From Elusimicrobiota bacterium (GTDB taxonomy: Bacteria > Elusimicrobiota > Elusimicrobia > F11): a stretch of DNA of 64,000 nucleotides. The notes under the pieces are model-generated. The model did not search any database, was not told where the DNA came from, and was given only the letters and a program-made list of their open reading frames with translations. Below are positions 61,393 through 64,000 of this stretch, one piece after another (position 1 is the first letter of the stretch; each line of letters begins with the position of its first letter). The stretch lies in assembly GCA_044221725.1 (NCBI GenBank), contig JBGAON010000001.1, forward strand, positions 224,001 to 288,000, read 5' to 3'. The translations under genes and the position numbers were made by a program.

Positions 61393-62010
61393 ATGCTTCA
61401 CGGTATCACACTAAAAGAATTGCTGCACGTCAGTATCATGATCCCGGTGTTGTTGGTTCTCTCGGTGATTTGCATGTCCGTTATGTTGGAGCGAATGTTT
61501 TATTACTTCCGCCATGCGCGCGTGAACGCTCGGTTCCTGGATCGGGTGCGCACCTACGTAAAAGCCGGGAAATATAACGAAGCGAAGCACGAAGCGGCGC
61601 GCCATCGGACTTTGATTTCCGAAGCGGTGGCCGCGCAAATTGATGCGGTACACCTTCCTCGCAACGAGCGCGAAAGCTTGGTTCTTTTCTATCACCAGCG
61701 GCTTCAATCTCTGCTGGGGAAAAGGCTTTGGATATTCGGAACGCTCAGTTTTATTTGCCCATTGTTGGGGCTCTTGGGAACGGTGCTCGGTGTTATTCGA
61801 TCGTTCGGGGATTTGGCTATTTCCGGCTCGGGCGGTCCGACGATCGTTGCAGCCGGTATTTCCGAAGCGTTGTACGCAACGGCGGCCGGTATTGCGGTGG
61901 CCATCACGGCGGCCGTGATCTACAACTGGTTCAATATTTGGATGAAAAATACGCTGTCGAGCAGTGACATTTTTGGGCAGGAATTAATTTTCCTGACGTC
62001 CGGAAAATAA
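61393..62010 (+). CDS. exbB: MotA/TolQ/ExbB proton-channel protein
   Basis: PLLGLLGTVLGVIRSF, GISEALYATAAGIAVA; GGAGG before the ATG at 61393. Confidence 0.9.
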   Translation: MLHGITLKELLHVSIMIPVLLVLSVICMSVMLERMFYYFRHARVNARFLDRVRTYVKAGKYNEAKHEAARHRTLISEAVAAQIDAVHLPRNERESLVLFYHQRLQSLLGKRLWIFGTLSFICPLLGLLGTVLGVIRSFGDLAISGSGGPTIVAAGISEALYATAAGIAVAITAAVIYNWFNIWMKNTLSSSDIFGQELIFLTSGK

Positions 62011-62015
62011 CGAAT

Positions 62016-62050
62016 TTGTCGCCCCGGCCAAAAACGTGCCGGGATGACGA
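62016..62050. repeat. REP-like intergenic stem-loop
   Basis: ttgtcgccccggc-N9-gccgggatgacga pairs with two G-U wobbles and one mismatch. Confidence 0.35.
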
Positions 62051-62064
62051 CTTGGGAGAAAATA

Positions 62065-62505
62065 ATGTCAGAGATGTTGTCCGAAGAGGGAACTGAGGAG
62101 ACCGACAAAATCAATGTCGTCCCATTGGCCGATCTTTCTCTCGTGCTGCTCATCATTCTCATGGTGTTGTCGCCCATGGTGATGTCATCGATGATTCGCG
62201 TTCAAACGCCGCGCTTGGACAAGGTCAAGGCCACAAAGGTTAAAAAAGAGGAAAAGAAAATTCCTGATCCTTTGTTGATCAAAATTACGTCCAAGGGGCT
62301 GTTTCTCAACAATAACCCGATCGATTCAGAATTGTTCTTGGCCGAGCAGATTGCGATCAAAATAGGCGATGAGCCGGAGCGGCCGGTGATTGTTTCCGCG
62401 GACGAGGGAATCCAGGTGGGAGATGTGGTGCACATATTGGATTTGGCGAAACAACATGGCGCGAGCAAGGTTTCGTTGCTCAAAGCCGGGGGCGACGAAT
62501 CATGA
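62065..62505 (+). CDS. exbD: ExbD/TolR family protein 1
   Basis: INVVPLADLSLVLLIILMV with the conserved Asp; V.AD; GASKVSL. Confidence 0.9.
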   Translation: MSEMLSEEGTEETDKINVVPLADLSLVLLIILMVLSPMVMSSMIRVQTPRLDKVKATKVKKEEKKIPDPLLIKITSKGLFLNNNPIDSELFLAEQIAIKIGDEPERPVIVSADEGIQVGDVVHILDLAKQHGASKVSLLKAGGDES

Positions 62506-62918
62506 AAATGAATGGACTTCTTACCGAAGAGCCCACGATCGCGGGCGTTAACATTGTGCCTGTCATCGACCTGTGTCTGGTGCTCCTTATTATATTGATG
62601 GTGACGTCTCCGATGTTGGACCAGGCGGATTTGCCGGTGAAGTTGCCGCAGGCCTCCACCATCGAAAGCAAGGAACGGAACATCTCGGTCACGATTTCAC
62701 CGGACGGGCGCATGGCGGTCAACAGTGAAATTATCGACGCGGCCAACTTTGGCGCGACGCTGCAGAAACATTTGAAAGAAGATCCGGACATTATGGTGAT
62801 TTTGCGCGTCGACAAAAGCGCCACCTATGGTTCGCTCACGAATTTGATTGCGGAATGCAAAAAAGCGGGTGCCACAAATATTTCTATCGGAACGGAGCAA
62901 ACGAAACCCAATGGCTAA
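62502..62918 (+). CDS. exbD: ExbD/TolR family protein 2
   Basis: VNIVPVIDLCLVLLIILMVTSP, VKLPQA, LRVDKSATYG, AGATNISI. Confidence 0.9.
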   Translation: MKMNGLLTEEPTIAGVNIVPVIDLCLVLLIILMVTSPMLDQADLPVKLPQASTIESKERNISVTISPDGRMAVNSEIIDAANFGATLQKHLKEDPDIMVILRVDKSATYGSLTNLIAECKKAGATNISIGTEQTKPNG

Positions 62919-64000
62919 AGCTGCCTCCATCGATCTTGGATCAAACTGGAACGAACAGGGCCCGTCTTTTGGTCTTGATACGCTCAGCTTTGTGTTTGCA
63001 ATCGGATTGCACATTCCGCTGTTTTTCATTCAGTTGAACATGCCGAAAAAAGCCATCGACACGCACAAAGAGAAATTGGTTTCCGTGGATTTGATTGAGC
63101 AAATAAAACCCAAAGAACCGGAAGTTGCTCCCACCCCAGTGGTCGCCGCGCCGAAAGGTCCAAGTTTGATGGAAAAGTTGAAAGCATTGGTAAAAAAAGA
63201 ACCTCCGCCGCCAGCGCCGCCACAGATAAAGCCAGTCGAGCCTCCAAAATTGGTGGATGTCCCCAAGCCTTTGGCGCTTCAACCGAAACTCGACATGCCG
63301 GAAAAAATTCAGCCAAAGCTTGAGTCCAAATCGGGTTTCCAAACTCAGGCTGATCCGAAGCTCGTGAACGAACAAAAATTGGCGATGAACGCGCCAATTC
63401 CTGGTATCGCGCCGATGTCAGCAAAGAAACTGGGAGTGGTGGATGATCGCAACGCGGTTAAAAACAACAAAGGAAATTTTCAAGTAAAGAGCGATTCGTT
63501 GAAAAGTATTGGTGGCGATGGGCCGGGGCTTTCGGGTGGGGGCGCGCCCGTTATTGCCATTCAAACGGGAAGCAAAGCCACGACGGAAAAATTTTCAGCG
63601 CCCGTCACACAAAAAACGGACAAAGGACGTCTCGGTGCCGTGCCCACAGGAAATCTTAATTCTGGGCCACAACTCGGATTGAGGGATTCGATTATCGCAC
63701 GTGACGCTGCGCCCACGCAGATCAATACGGGGGGGCGTGCGGGCGGTGCCGCTGGCGGTATTCCGGGCGGAACCGGCATGAAAAAAGACGCGGGGCGCTC
63801 GTTTCAGGCCGCGGTGCCGCAAGGCGTGAGCGGAGGGGCGGTGGGCGGGCTTGGCAACGCGGGCGTGGGTTCCGCTCCCGCAATTTCCGCGGTACCCGTG
63901 AAGAAAAAAGAGAAACAGTCGATGTTCTCTATTACGGGCCCGCTCAAGGACCGGAAAATTTTGAAACAGGTGCCGCCGGAATATCCGGCGTGGGCACAAG
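62911..64000 (+). CDS. TonB/TolA-like energy transducer (partial, runs off the window; absent from the ORF track)
   Basis: ATG at 62911 gives MAKAAS...LSFVFAIGLHIPLFF (single TM with His), a Pro/Lys-rich then Gly-rich linker, and ...KQVPPEYPAWAQ (start of a TonB C-domain). No stop before the window end. Confidence 0.8.
   Translation, partial: MAKAASIDLGSNWNEQGPSFGLDTLSFVFAIGLHIPLFFIQLNMPKKAIDTHKEKLVSVDLIEQIKPKEPEVAPTPVVAAPKGPSLMEKLKALVKKEPPPPAPPQIKPVEPPKLVDVPKPLALQPKLDMPEKIQPKLESKSGFQTQADPKLVNEQKLAMNAPIPGIAPMSAKKLGVVDDRNAVKNNKGNFQVKSDSLKSIGGDGPGLSGGGAPVIAIQTGSKATTEKFSAPVTQKTDKGRLGAVPTGNLNSGPQLGLRDSIIARDAAPTQINTGGRAGGAAGGIPGGTGMKKDAGRSFQAAVPQGVSGGAVGGLGNAGVGSAPAISAVPVKKKEKQSMFSITGPLKDRKILKQVPPEYPAWAQ

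Noticed and set aside
1..64000. CRISPR arrays, rRNA/tRNA, IS elements, and the many short antisense or alternate-frame ORFs
   Set aside because: No spaced short direct repeats, RNA gene signatures or transposase/integrase motifs were seen by eye. The short ORFs are shadows of long coding genes.

Overview
Bacterial window, probably from a diderm lineage such as Elusimicrobiota (inferred from gene content, not proven). Positions 1-33815 hold one giant Ig-repeat surface-protein gene of at least about 11,270 codons. It is open at the left edge and split only by an indel-riddled patch inside a 1.8-kb internal tandem duplication, which is probably an unpolished assembly error. It ends in a YPNP/FlgD-Ig (T9SS type-A-like) sorting domain and is followed by a PorV/PorQ-family barrel fused to TPRs. 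Next is a tightly coupled operon: a FliF(RBM3)-TM-FliG-TPR fusion, two long coiled-coil proteins, FlbD/SwrD, MotA, MotB and DsbA. No rod, hook, filament, export-gate or FliM/FliN gene lies in the window. This is the best candidate for an undescribed system: a stripped-down, possibly non-flagellar rotary motor with altered torque and ion-site residues, next to a T9SS-like cargo/shuttle pair. The rest is mostly housekeeping: NTD-less ClpB, TIGR01777, SodC, UDG-family glycosylase, DUF6580, PiT-DUF47-response regulator, GpmA and PfkB. There is also an 894-aa protein with an internal prepilin motif, a divergent UDPGP-like protein, and a second PMF-motor cluster (TPR-ExbB-ExbD-ExbD-TonB-like, truncated at the right edge). 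No rRNA, tRNA, CRISPR or mobile element was recognised. All family assignments come from reading motifs by eye; no searches were run.
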